From contig CANHQZ010000008.1 in NCBI GenBank assembly GCA_947463125.1, positions 1,243 to 65,242 of the forward strand: a stretch of DNA of 64,000 bases, given 5' to 3'. The stretch's first letter is position 1, and every line of letters begins with the position of its first letter. This document shows, piece by piece, positions 36,252-46,516 of this stretch. Source of the DNA: Flavobacteriales bacterium (GTDB taxonomy: Bacteria; Bacteroidota; Bacteroidia; NS11-12g; UBA955). Made by a program: the position numbers and the translations under genes. The notes under the pieces were generated by a model. That model searched no databases. It was given only the letters and a program-made list of their open reading frames with translations, and was not told where the DNA came from.

Positions 36252-39200
36252 AAAAGCGGATATTACTAGGTTTTATCATGTTTATGCTGGGTACAGGCAC
36301 AGCGAGTGCTCAGTTTATGTTTCCCATGATGCCCGGTATGATGCCGGGAATGATGCCCGGAAATAGCGCTCCGGCAGACACTTCAAAGCCTAAGATTCAA
36401 GCGCCCCAAGGCAATCAGCCCGCCCAGCCGGGTGATGATGAAAACGGAGATAATAAGGACGGAGATGACACCGACCCGGAAGAAAAAAAGAATGAACTGG
36501 AGCTGAAAAAAATGAGCCTGAAAAGCCAGCGCCTGAAACTGGAACAGGAACTCGCCTATCTTAAATCCAAAGACCCGGATCTACTTACCACAGAAGAAAA
36601 AGAGGTAATTCGTATCCAGACTGAAAACCTCAAAATGATTGCTTTACAGGAACGAGCTATCATTGAAGAACAGCAACGGGATATGGATAGATACCGCAAC
36701 AAGAAAAACTTCCCATCAGCCAGTGTATACGGGCACCAGTTTTTCCGCGACGGTAGTTTCAAGTTCTTTCAAAAAACCGATGAGATTGCTGTTACCGATA
36801 ATTATGTACTGGGAACAGGCGATCAGGTGCAGCTGGAAGTGTGGGGATACAGATACTGGAGTAAAACGTATGTGGTGAGCCAGTCAGGAAGTATTGATAT
36901 AGAAGGGTATCAGAAGATTTTCGTGAAAGGACTTTCACTGCAGAAAGCGCGTGCGATGATAGGATCGAGGCTGGGACTGGGCGGACAGGAATCTTCATTT
37001 TCTGTAACCGTTACACGGCCAAGAATGGTGAGTGTGAACATTTTTGGTGAAGTCTTTACCCCGGGAACCTACACCGTGCCTGCAACCAACAGTGCATTTA
37101 ATGTACTGGTAAGTATGGGCGGCCCTACCGACATTGGATCTGTAAGAAACATCTATATCAAGCGGGACGGAAAAATCCGTGATTCCTTTGATTTGTATGA
37201 GTATTATGCCGATGTAAAACATCAGCGGGATGTGTTCCTCCAAAATAACGACTATATCATTGTGGCACCGGTAGCCAATCTGGTAAATATTGGCGGAGCC
37301 GTAAGAAGACCCGGAAGGTATGAACTTAAAAACGGCGAAACCATGGCCGATTTGATTCGGTTTGCGGGCGGGCTTCAGCCCAATGCCTTCCTGAAGGATA
37401 TCCTGGTGCGCCGCATACGCAACAATGAATATGAAGTGATGTCGCTGAACTATGACAGCCTTCTGAAAGCAAAAAAGAACTTTGTGATGACCGGCGGTGA
37501 ATCTGTAGAAATAAAGTTTATTGGGGTTGACAACCAGTATATGGTGCAGATTTCAGGAGCCGTATCGGTACCGGGACACTACAAAGTCAAAAAAGGCATG
37601 CGCATAAGCAGCATGCTGAAAAACGCCAATGGCCTTACTTCAGACGCGTTTACCGAAAGAGGCTTTCTGGTAAGAACATCCAAATCACTGGAAAAAAAGT
37701 ACATCAGCTTCAATCCGGCCGAGGCGCTGGCTAAGCCGGGCACATGGGCGGATCTGGAACTGGAAGACAGAGATACCATCGTAATTTACAGGCTAACCGA
37801 CCTGCGTAAGTTCAATGATGTAAAAATATCCGGTTCCGTTCGCAAACCCTTCAAAAAACAATTTATAGCCGGGCTGAAACTGGGTGAAATGCTCTTTATG
37901 GCGGGTGGATTAACCGATGAAGCCGATGAAAAAAGCGGTTTCATTATGCGCACAGATGCCAATTTCAACCAGCGTTTGATTCCTTTCAAACCCGAAGATG
38001 TAAAGCCTGGTACTGAGTGGTTTGATTTTGAAATCATGCCCAAGGATGAGATTACAGTGTATTCAAAAACAGACTTCAAACGCAATTACACGTTGTCTGT
38101 GACAGGACCTGTAAAAGCAGGCGGCAAATTCCCATTCAGTGAAAACACCCGCGTTACAGACCTGATTAACCTGGCAGGCGGTATAGAAACGAATACCTTT
38201 AAATCCAGAGCCATTGTAGTTCACACAGATTTGGAAACAGGTTACCAGAGCCTGAAAACGGTAAATCTGGCTGAGGTGCTTGATAACCCGGACAGCAAGG
38301 AGAATTATGTTTTGCAGAAAAACGATGCACTGCAGCTTTTTGACCTCAGCGAGCTGAAAAACGATTTTGCTGTCTCAATTTATGGCCCAGTAAGACGTGA
38401 AGGCGAGTACGTGTATGCAGAAAACATGACCCTGCAAAACCTGATTGACGCTGCAGGCGGTCTGGAATTCATTACTGCCGGAACCACAGTGGAAGTGGTT
38501 CGAAATTTCTTCTTCAAAGATGGCAAATACCAGTTTTTAAACCCACAGGTTTTGAATACCACCATCACCAGCAGCCTGAGTTTTGATGACAGGCTGGTAA
38601 ACATGCAGCTGCAGCCATTTGATAAGGTATTTGTGCGCAAAAATCCCAATTTTGTTCCATTAAAACTCGTCTACATCGACGGTGCGATTAACTATCCCGG
38701 TTTCTATGCCCTGCAATCTGAAAACGATAAGTTGGCTTCAATCATCAAAAGAGCCGGTGGATATAAACCCAACGCCAACCCCAACGGAAGCACCTTACGT
38801 AGAGCTACGGCTCCCGGTGATACCATCGATATCGTACTGAAAACCCCAAAGGCTATGAGCGACCGTAAATCACGGTTCAATCACATCATGAAAGACGGGG
38901 ATCATATTTTCATTCCGTATACCGATAACTTGGTATACCTGACCGGAGATATAAATAAACAAACCCCAAATGATATTGGTACATACTATCTTCGGAATAA
39001 ACGCGCTAAGTTTTATATCAAGTTCTTTGGTGGTGGGTTTACCAACACATCAGACAGGAAAAAAGTGGTTGTGGTTTATAAAAACGGACGGAGAGCCGCA
39101 ACCAAAAATTATGTGCTTTTCAAAGTATATCCAAAAGTTAAACCCGGAAGCACCATTGTGGTAAACAACCGCTTCAAAACCGAGGAGCCCTATAAGCAGC

Positions 39201-39304
39201 GCAAACGTTTCAGTGTGGATGGCTTCCTCAACCAAACCATGATGAGGGCAACCACTGTGCTGTCAGTTCTTGGTATATATCGTCTGGCAATTGGAAGACA
39301 ATGA
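36248..39304 (+). CDS. Polysaccharide export protein with multiple SLBB domains (Wza/KpsD-like)
   Basis: [16 protein letters not shown] poly-export motif and repeated GxV..PG.Y...(L/I)..AGG SLBB units. Confidence 0.9.
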   Translation: MKKRILLGFIMFMLGTGTASAQFMFPMMPGMMPGMMPGNSAPADTSKPKIQAPQGNQPAQPGDDENGDNKDGDDTDPEEKKNELELKKMSLKSQRLKLEQELAYLKSKDPDLLTTEEKEVIRIQTENLKMIALQERAIIEEQQRDMDRYRNKKNFPSASVYGHQFFRDGSFKFFQKTDEIAVTDNYVLGTGDQVQLEVWGYRYWSKTYVVSQSGSIDIEGYQKIFVKGLSLQKARAMIGSRLGLGGQESSFSVTVTRPRMVSVNIFGEVFTPGTYTVPATNSAFNVLVSMGGPTDIGSVRNIYIKRDGKIRDSFDLYEYYADVKHQRDVFLQNNDYIIVAPVANLVNIGGAVRRPGRYELKNGETMADLIRFAGGLQPNAFLKDILVRRIRNNEYEVMSLNYDSLLKAKKNFVMTGGESVEIKFIGVDNQYMVQISGAVSVPGHYKVKKGMRISSMLKNANGLTSDAFTERGFLVRTSKSLEKKYISFNPAEALAKPGTWADLELEDRDTIVIYRLTDLRKFNDVKISGSVRKPFKKQFIAGLKLGEMLFMAGGLTDEADEKSGFIMRTDANFNQRLIPFKPEDVKPGTEWFDFEIMPKDEITVYSKTDFKRNYTLSVTGPVKAGGKFPFSENTRVTDLINLAGGIETNTFKSRAIVVHTDLETGYQSLKTVNLAEVLDNPDSKENYVLQKNDALQLFDLSELKNDFAVSIYGPVRREGEYVYAENMTLQNLIDAAGGLEFITAGTTVEVVRNFFFKDGKYQFLNPQVLNTTITSSLSFDDRLVNMQLQPFDKVFVRKNPNFVPLKLVYIDGAINYPGFYALQSENDKLASIIKRAGGYKPNANPNGSTLRRATAPGDTIDIVLKTPKAMSDRKSRFNHIMKDGDHIFIPYTDNLVYLTGDINKQTPNDIGTYYLRNKRAKFYIKFFGGGFTNTSDRKKVVVVYKNGRRAATKNYVLFKVYPKVKPGSTIVVNNRFKTEEPYKQRKRFSVDGFLNQTMMRATTVLSVLGIYRLAIGRQ

Positions 39305-40341
39305 ACGTACCGGCAAAACAACCCTTTAATCTTTTCAGTTACCTTAAACTGATTAAGCCATACTGGCGGAAATTAGTGCGCAGATGGTATGTGCCTGTGA
39401 CATTAGCTTTGTTGTTAGGATTGTATTCCTGGTATAATGAAAGTGAGAAGTCTCCTTACTTCTCAGCCCAGATTACGTACATGCTGGAAGATGAAATCCT
39501 AAATGGTTCCACGGTGTCAAATCCACTGATGTCAGCCATTACTGGACAGTCGCCGACGAATAACAAAGACATCATGAATGACCTGGCTTTTAGCAATTTG
39601 CTAATTGAATATACTTTACTCAGAAACATATCAGAAAACGGTAAAAACATACCACTAGTCAACTATCTGCTTAAGAAACAGGGTGTTGATTCAGCAAATC
39701 CCGCATGGTTTGCCTCTGGCTACCAGATTGGCGAAAATCCCTCAAAGGATGAGATGCTGAGATCATATAGCAACGCTATAAAAAGAACCTTTAAAGCCAG
39801 TTCCAGGGAATCCGGATTATTGACCATGTCCTTTTCGTATGCCGATGCATTCTTCTGCAAGAGATTTCTGGAGCTTCACCTGCATACCATCTCCGATTTT
39901 TATATCGACAAGCGCATGGACAGGGCAAATATGATTATTAAGGCTACAATAAGGCGAAGAGACTCGTTACTTGCAGCACTTCAAGGAAAAGAATTTAGCT
40001 CAGCCTCTATACAGGACCAGGGATTTGGCACGGTAATGCGAAGAGCCAGCGTGCCGCAAACACAGCTGCAGCGTGATATTACCATGTTAAATGCGCAATA
40101 CGGGGAAAGCCTTGCTGCTCTCAATGCGGCAAAAATGGAGCTGGAAAAGAAACGTCCGTTTATTGCCGTGGTGGATGATATTCGGTTTCCTTTGGAGGCA
40201 ACCTATCCTGAACCCTATAAAAAGGGCGCTATCTTCGGTTTTGTTGGCCTGTTTCTGGGTACAGTACTTGTAGTTGGTTTTCATCTGGCAAAAGAGTTTC
40301 TGGTAAAACAGAAACAGGCTTTCCGTAAGATGAATCCCTAG
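39301..40341 (+). CDS. Polysaccharide chain-length determinant / co-polymerase (Wzz-like)
   Basis: Two terminal TM helices flanking a coiled-coil periplasmic region; directly follows the export gene. Confidence 0.75.
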   Translation: MNVPAKQPFNLFSYLKLIKPYWRKLVRRWYVPVTLALLLGLYSWYNESEKSPYFSAQITYMLEDEILNGSTVSNPLMSAITGQSPTNNKDIMNDLAFSNLLIEYTLLRNISENGKNIPLVNYLLKKQGVDSANPAWFASGYQIGENPSKDEMLRSYSNAIKRTFKASSRESGLLTMSFSYADAFFCKRFLELHLHTISDFYIDKRMDRANMIIKATIRRRDSLLAALQGKEFSSASIQDQGFGTVMRRASVPQTQLQRDITMLNAQYGESLAALNAAKMELEKKRPFIAVVDDIRFPLEATYPEPYKKGAIFGFVGLFLGTVLVVGFHLAKEFLVKQKQAFRKMNP

Positions 40342-41636
40342 TTAAGTTCAATTACAAAATAGTTCTTTTTGCCCTTTTGCACCAGCAGGTATTTTCCCTG
40401 TAACAGGAAACTGTTGTCAATACTGCCGTTGATGTCGGTATATTTTTCCTTGTTGATGGAAACCGCCTGTGCCTGCATCATCTTGCGCGCTTCGCCTTTA
40501 CTGGGGAAAATACTTGTGTGCTGTGCCAGTAAATCCAGCACGGGAACACCATCCGACAATAAAGTTGACTCTATTGTAAACTTCTCCATCCCTTCCAGGC
40601 TACTGCTTAGTGTTTCACTGTCCAACGCCAGCAAATCTTCACGGGTTCCGCCGCCAAAAAATACATGGGTAGCTTTTATCGCTAATGTAAGATCTTCGGC
40701 AGAATGAACCCGCTCAGTCATTTCTTCGGCAAGGGCTTTTTGCAAGGTGCGCATATGCTCCTGGCCTGTATGTGCGGCTATTACGCTTTCAATTTCACTG
40801 CGGCTTTTCAGCGAATAAATCTTCATAAAACGCACGGCATCTTCATCAGCCACATTCAGCCAAAACTGGTAAAAACGGTAAGGGGATGTTTTCTTTCTGT
40901 CGAGCCAAACATTGCCTCCTTCGCTTTTTCCAAACTTGGTACCATCGCTTTTGGTAATGAGCGGTGCTGTAATGGCATAGGCCTCACCGCCGGTCTTACG
41001 TCTTATAAGCTCAGTGCCGGTGGTGATATTTCCCCACTGATCACTGCCTCCAAGTTGTAGTTTACACCCTTTCTGGGTAAACAAATGATAGAAATCGTAG
41101 CCCTGCACCAGTTGATAGGAAAACTCCGTGAAAGACATGCCTCCGCCTTCAAGTCGGTTCTTCACGCTGTCTTTTCCCATCATATAATTGACGGTAATGT
41201 GCTTGCCCACATCCCTGATGAATTCCAGAAAACCGAATTTGCCAAACCACTCGTAATTGTTGACCATTTCAGCACGGTTCTCCCCTTTTTCGAAATCCAG
41301 AAACTTCATCAATTGCTGTTTCTGGCCGTTCAGGTTATGTTCAATCTGGGCAATATCCAGCAGTTTTCTTTCATCGCTTTTGCCACTGGGATCTCCAACC
41401 ATGCCCGTAGCGCCACCCACCAGTGCAATGGGCTTGTGACCCGCTTTCTGGAGAAGTATCAGCAAGGTAATAGGCACCAGATTTCCAATATGCAATGAAT
41501 CAGCAGTCGGGTCAAATCCGCAATAACCGGAAACCTGCTCACTGTTCAGCAATTCCTGTGTGCCCGGCATGGAGTCGTGCAATAAACCGCGCCAGCGCAG
41601 CTCTTCCACAAAATCAAAGTGGGGCCTGAAAGACAT
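40338..41636 (-). CDS. tyrS: Tyrosine--tRNA ligase
   Basis: GFDPTADSLHIGN, QLGGSDQWGNI, KFGKSE and a C-terminal S4 domain. Confidence 0.98.
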   Translation of the reverse strand: MSFRPHFDFVEELRWRGLLHDSMPGTQELLNSEQVSGYCGFDPTADSLHIGNLVPITLLILLQKAGHKPIALVGGATGMVGDPSGKSDERKLLDIAQIEHNLNGQKQQLMKFLDFEKGENRAEMVNNYEWFGKFGFLEFIRDVGKHITVNYMMGKDSVKNRLEGGGMSFTEFSYQLVQGYDFYHLFTQKGCKLQLGGSDQWGNITTGTELIRRKTGGEAYAITAPLITKSDGTKFGKSEGGNVWLDRKKTSPYRFYQFWLNVADEDAVRFMKIYSLKSRSEIESVIAAHTGQEHMRTLQKALAEEMTERVHSAEDLTLAIKATHVFFGGGTREDLLALDSETLSSSLEGMEKFTIESTLLSDGVPVLDLLAQHTSIFPSKGEARKMMQAQAVSINKEKYTDINGSIDNSFLLQGKYLLVQKGKKNYFVIELN

Positions 41637-41654
41637 GCTGCGAAAATACGATAA

Positions 41655-42083
41655 TTAAGGCTGAGATTCCTTGATGCGTTTGACCGTGTCTGAAATATAC
41701 CGTTTCAAATCCTCGGTCTGCTCATCTTCCAGTCCGCTGGTGGCAAAGCTCACCACCTGACGGCTTTCCTTTATCTGAAAGTTAATTTCGTATACGAGGT
41801 AATCCACCCGCAACATAAAATTCCAGGGTATAAAAATATACCGCGAAACAATACTTTGCCGCCAGGAAATTCCCTTTTCATCCACTTTTACGAAATAATC
41901 TCCCCGGAGTCTGAAGTACAGAAAAACGACTACTGAAAGCGCTAATATCAAGGAAATAAAACCGCCCAAAACACCAAATATGGCATAGTGTATCGACCAT
42001 ACAACAAAGCACAGAAAACCTGCCACAATCATTTGAGGCAATTCCGCCTTGGTCCGGGGAATACTAATAAATAATGGGTCCAT
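41655..42083 (-). CDS. Hypothetical membrane protein (two TM helices plus a PH-like domain)
   Basis: Two hydrophobic helices followed by VKVDEKGISW...FIPW. Confidence 0.6.
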   Translation of the reverse strand: MDPLFISIPRTKAELPQMIVAGFLCFVVWSIHYAIFGVLGGFISLILALSVVVFLYFRLRGDYFVKVDEKGISWRQSIVSRYIFIPWNFMLRVDYLVYEINFQIKESRQVVSFATSGLEDEQTEDLKRYISDTVKRIKESQP

Positions 42084-42087
42084 GCCC

Positions 42088-42798
42088 TTAAGGAACGAGC
42101 AGTTTGGTTTTCCTTTGGCCGTCGGTTACAATGTAAACGCCGGATTTCAATGCTGCTACCGAAATACGCACCCTGTTGGATGTTCTTTCCACCACATCAA
42201 TTGCTGCTTTTCTACCGGAAAGATCCGTAACGAACCAGTCTGCATTGGAATGGCTGTCCTCTATATCAACGATATCGTTGGCAGGGTTGGGTGATACACT
42301 GAATGATGCTGAAACCGGTTGCCAGACTGAAGCTGTGCTATTAACCACCTCCAGCGTGTAGGAGCTGATGGAATCATTCTGGGTAGTTGGGGTAAATCCG
42401 CCCACTTTGGCAAAGGCACGAACATGAATTTTTAGCGGATAAGAACCGGCTTGTGTTGCTGTTCCGTAAAAACTGATGCAACGCACGGTATCCCACAAAA
42501 ACACGCAGCGTGGATGCTGACATTTAAAATTGATTCCCGCAGGAAGTCCATTGATACGAAGCACCTTGATGGAATCAATTTTCACAGGAACATTTGCCCC
42601 CAAAACCTTTGTGAACGTATCTCTGAATGTGAGAACGGATATACCCTGGTTATAGGGAGTGTTTACTACCGCAGAAGGCAAAACAGCAGGAAGAAATCCT
42701 GCTTTTGTAAGGCTTTTGTCCGGAATGCAGGTTTGAGCCGACAGAGAAGCAGCACAGATTAAGGCTGTTGCAAAAAAGAAATTTTTAACCATTATCAT
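42088..42798 (-). CDS. T9SS type A sorting domain-containing protein
   Basis: Signal peptide; LPSAVVNTPY, GLPAGI and Cys-containing Ig-like domain; VSPNPAND...LKSGVYIV. Start moved to ATG 42798 (or 42792). Confidence 0.85.
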   Translation of the reverse strand: MIMVKNFFFATALICAASLSAQTCIPDKSLTKAGFLPAVLPSAVVNTPYNQGISVLTFRDTFTKVLGANVPVKIDSIKVLRINGLPAGINFKCQHPRCVFLWDTVRCISFYGTATQAGSYPLKIHVRAFAKVGGFTPTTQNDSISSYTLEVVNSTASVWQPVSASFSVSPNPANDIVDIEDSHSNADWFVTDLSGRKAAIDVVERTSNRVRISVAALKSGVYIVTDGQRKTKLLVP

Positions 42799-42817
42799 TG
42801 CAAAGTTGATTGCACGA

Positions 42818-45109
42818 ATGTACACAAAAAATCTTTTTGCCAAATGCCTCTCTTTGATTCTTATCTGCTTCAGCTGTATTCAAATAAACGGGCAGGTTAT
42901 CATTACACTCGCATCGGAAGATGGAACGGCTGTTCAACCGGATTCATTCTACGCATACAGCAGCATGGGGTTAATCCGGGCATTTTCTGTAAATGGGAAT
43001 ACCATTTCGGTTGAGAAGGATGTTCGCAGAATTCGCGTAACAGCCAGAAACCACTATCCTTTCGATTCCATATTTAATGAGGATCAAATGCCGGGCACAA
43101 AAATCGTTCTTACCCTCAAGGCAAAGTCCTTATTCATGGATGAGTTTATCATCAGCACAGACAAAACGCCTTCAAGACTGAGCCGCAGTTCGGTGAGTGT
43201 TTCGGTAATGAAACCCTATCTCATCAACAATAAAATTACGTCGGATATTTCCACGGCATTGGAGCAGATGCCGGGAGTTACCATCAGCGACGGGCAGGTC
43301 AACATACGCAACGGAAGCGGGTGGAGTTACGGGGCAGGAAGCCGTGTAATGGTCACCTTGGATGAATTGCCCATGATCAGTCCGGATGCGGGGCAGGTTC
43401 AATTTGGTTTTCTGCCCGTTGAAAACCTGGCTTCGGTGGAGGTGGTGAAAAGTGCGGGCAGCGTGCTGTATGGTTCCAGTGCCCTAAACGGCGTGGTAAA
43501 CCTGCGCAGTGCCGAACCCGAGAAACAGGCCAACGCAAGGGTTACGGGTTTTACCGGATTTTATGATTTTCCGCGCCGCGACAGCCTGCGCTGGAATGCA
43601 AGCAGACGCGGTGTGCATGGCACGAATGGCTTTTGGTCTCAAAGGATCGGTAATACAGGCATTACTGCCCAGTGGAATGCGCTGTACGATCAGGGTTACA
43701 GAAGAAATGAATATAACCACAGGGCCAGAGTGGGATTGCGGATAAAACATACTTCCGCCAAAATACAGGGGCTTAATTATGGCGCCAATACAGGTGTTCA
43801 GCAATCCAACAGCGGTTCTTTCCTGCTTTGGGAAAGCTATGCCCGGGGTTACGAAACATTTGATTCAGGATTTAATTACAACAAGGGGTTCCGGCTTCAC
43901 ATAGATCCTTTTGCAGAATGGAAGCGAAAAAAAGTCACCCATAAATTTCAATCCAGATACCTGGCGCTGGAGAATGATGCTACTGCCAACAATGCAGGTT
44001 CAGACCAAAGCAACGGCAGCAGTATGCTATATGCGGAATACCGCATGAGCAGGGATTTTCAGCATTTAAGTGTAACACTAGGAGCTGCGGGCATGCTTGC
44101 CGAAACTCACTCTCCCCTGTTTGGGGGCAAACAAACTGCTGAAAACCGGGCGGCTTTCTTTCAGGCCGAATACAAACGGGGAAGGCTGCAGCTTTCCGGA
44201 GGAGGACGCTATGAGACGTATGCCATTAATGATGCCGTCTACACCAAACCGGTTTTCAGGGCGGGAGTGAATTATGCCGCAGGACGGGCCACATTTCTTC
44301 GCGCCAGTGCCGGACAGGGTTTCCGCTTCCCGAGTATGGCAGAATTGTTTGTGACCACCTCCGTAGGTCCGCTAACGGTGTATTCCAATCCCGGTTTGAG
44401 GCCTGAATCGGGCAGTAATGCTGAATTGGGATTAAAACAGGGTTATAAAATTGGCGGTTTCAAAGGGTTTGCCGATGTGAGCCTGTTTCAAATGACCCTG
44501 ACCGATATGATGGAGTTTTCCTTTGGAAACTGGGACCCCAATACGGGTATAGGCCTAGGTTTCAAGAGCATCAACGTGGGTGTTGGGAAAGTGAGCGGTT
44601 TTGAATTTGAAACCATGGGCGAAGGCAAGATTGGCAATACACGCTGGCAGTTGCTGGGTGGTTACACCTACACTCAGCCCCGTGTAATCAATCCCGATTT
44701 TATTTATGCAAGAGACAGTGCCGGACTTCAGCTAAACTTTGTAAACACACGCAACGACACCAACAACCTCATGAAATACCGTTTTCAGCATTTGGTCAGG
44801 GCAGACATTCAGTGCGGATGGAAGAATCTGGAATTTGGACTCAGCTATCGTTATAACAGCCGCATGACCAATATTGACGGGGCATTTACCAAAGGCATTC
44901 TCGCATTTTTCATTACCGGTATTCAGTCTTCTATGGACCGTCTGGGTTCAGCGCACATTTTTGATGCCCGAGTGTCTTATAAGGTGAGTGACCGCTGGAA
45001 ACTGAATGCACAGGTAACGAACCTTTTCAACCGCGAGTTTGTAGGCCGTCCCTGTGATCTGCGTCCGCCCCGCAGCTTTCAGCTGCAAGCCGTGTGGACC
45101 CTCCGCTGA
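42818..45109 (+). CDS. TonB-dependent receptor
   Basis: Plug motifs LEQMPGV, NIRNGSG and VEVVKSAGSVLYGSSALNGVVN; NPGLRPES; C-terminal NLFNREF...PRSFQLQAVW. Confidence 0.93.
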   Translation: MYTKNLFAKCLSLILICFSCIQINGQVIITLASEDGTAVQPDSFYAYSSMGLIRAFSVNGNTISVEKDVRRIRVTARNHYPFDSIFNEDQMPGTKIVLTLKAKSLFMDEFIISTDKTPSRLSRSSVSVSVMKPYLINNKITSDISTALEQMPGVTISDGQVNIRNGSGWSYGAGSRVMVTLDELPMISPDAGQVQFGFLPVENLASVEVVKSAGSVLYGSSALNGVVNLRSAEPEKQANARVTGFTGFYDFPRRDSLRWNASRRGVHGTNGFWSQRIGNTGITAQWNALYDQGYRRNEYNHRARVGLRIKHTSAKIQGLNYGANTGVQQSNSGSFLLWESYARGYETFDSGFNYNKGFRLHIDPFAEWKRKKVTHKFQSRYLALENDATANNAGSDQSNGSSMLYAEYRMSRDFQHLSVTLGAAGMLAETHSPLFGGKQTAENRAAFFQAEYKRGRLQLSGGGRYETYAINDAVYTKPVFRAGVNYAAGRATFLRASAGQGFRFPSMAELFVTTSVGPLTVYSNPGLRPESGSNAELGLKQGYKIGGFKGFADVSLFQMTLTDMMEFSFGNWDPNTGIGLGFKSINVGVGKVSGFEFETMGEGKIGNTRWQLLGGYTYTQPRVINPDFIYARDSAGLQLNFVNTRNDTNNLMKYRFQHLVRADIQCGWKNLEFGLSYRYNSRMTNIDGAFTKGILAFFITGIQSSMDRLGSAHIFDARVSYKVSDRWKLNAQVTNLFNREFVGRPCDLRPPRSFQLQAVWTLR

Positions 45110-45185
45110 GCAAAGCTTCCTGTTATATTTTTAAAAGCTCCCAAAAAGCGGTAATTTTGCGGCACCAAATTTAAAATCTGAAACA

Positions 45186-46196
45186 ATGAGTACCGTAAAA
45201 GTAGCCATCAATGGCTTTGGCCGCATCGGCCGACTGGTTTTCCGCGAAATTTATAACATGCAGGGCATCGATGTGGTTGCTATCAACGACCTCACCAGCC
45301 CGCAGGTACTGGCACATTTGCTGAAATATGACAGCGCCCAGGGCCGTTTTAACGCAACGGTTTCTCATACCGAAAATAGCATCATCGTAAATGGTGAAGA
45401 AGTGAAAATCTATGCCCAGAAAGATCCGGCCCAGATTCCATGGGGTGCACATGGCGTGGATGTGGTAATCGAAAGTACCGGTTTCTTTACGGACAAGGCC
45501 AAAGCAGAAGCCCATATTACTGCAGGCGCCAAGCGTGTGGTAATTTCAGCTCCTGCCACCGGCGATCTGAAAACCGTTGTTTACAACGTAAACCACCATA
45601 TTCTGGATGGCAGCGAAACCATCATCAGCGGTGCCAGTTGTACCACCAACTGCCTGGCTCCCATGGCCAAGGTACTGAATGACAATTTCACCATTCTGGC
45701 CGGCAGTATGACCACCATTCATGCCTACACCAACGATCAGAATACCCTGGATGCACCGCACCCCAAAGGTGATTTGCGCCGTGCCAGGGCTGCTGCGCAG
45801 AATATAGTGCCCAACAGCACCGGTGCTGCCAAAGCTATCGGTCTTGTATTGCCCGAACTGGCCGGCAAACTGGATGGCGGCGCACAGCGTGTTCCCACCA
45901 TTACCGGTTCTGTAACCGAACTTACCGTTATCTGCGCAAAGAAAACCAGCGCTGCCGAAATCAACGCTGCGATGAAGGCGGCTGCCAACGATAGCTTTGG
46001 CTACACTGAGGAAGAGCTGGTGAGCACCGATATCATTGGCATATCCTATGGTTCATTGTTTGATGCTACGCAAACCAAAGTGGTAACTGTGGGCGACAGC
46101 CAACTGATCAAAGTGGTGAGCTGGTACGACAACGAAATGAGCTATGTGAGCCAGCTGGTGCGCACAGTTAAACATTTCGCCGGACTGATTTCTTAA
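45186..46196 (+). CDS. gap: Type I glyceraldehyde-3-phosphate dehydrogenase
   Basis: [26 protein letters not shown] and WYDNE motifs. Confidence 0.98.
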   Translation: MSTVKVAINGFGRIGRLVFREIYNMQGIDVVAINDLTSPQVLAHLLKYDSAQGRFNATVSHTENSIIVNGEEVKIYAQKDPAQIPWGAHGVDVVIESTGFFTDKAKAEAHITAGAKRVVISAPATGDLKTVVYNVNHHILDGSETIISGASCTTNCLAPMAKVLNDNFTILAGSMTTIHAYTNDQNTLDAPHPKGDLRRARAAAQNIVPNSTGAAKAIGLVLPELAGKLDGGAQRVPTITGSVTELTVICAKKTSAAEINAAMKAAANDSFGYTEEELVSTDIIGISYGSLFDATQTKVVTVGDSQLIKVVSWYDNEMSYVSQLVRTVKHFAGLIS

Positions 46197-46215
46197 GTTC
46201 AATTAAATTATATTC

Positions 46216-46242
46216 AAAACCCCGGGTGTCCGGGGTTTTTTT
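46216..46242 (+). terminator. Intrinsic terminator after gap
   Basis: AAAACCCCGG-GTGT-CCGGGGTTTTTTT. Confidence 0.85.
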
Positions 46243-46270
46243 ATGGATTAACCCCCACATTTGTAAATCA

Positions 46271-46516
46271 ATGAAAAAGCTATTATCCGATACAATTTCG
46301 CCCGGCCGCTACCGCCACTACAAAGGCAAGGAATACGAGGTGCTGGCGATGGCGCTTCACAGCGAAACACTGGAAAGCTTGGTCGTGTATAAACCTTTAT
46401 ACGAAACTCCCGAGGTTCCGCCCGGAACACTTTGGGTGAGGCCTGCAGCCATGTTTTTGGAAACGGTGGAGACAGAGCAGGGAATTGTACAGCGATTTAC
46501 CCCCGTCCCTGCCTAG
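46271..46516 (+). CDS. DUF1653 domain-containing protein
   Basis: GRYRHYKGKEYEV..ALHSETLE.LVVY...LWVRPAAMFLE...RF. Start moved to ATG 46271. Confidence 0.9.
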   Translation: MKKLLSDTISPGRYRHYKGKEYEVLAMALHSETLESLVVYKPLYETPEVPPGTLWVRPAAMFLETVETEQGIVQRFTPVPA

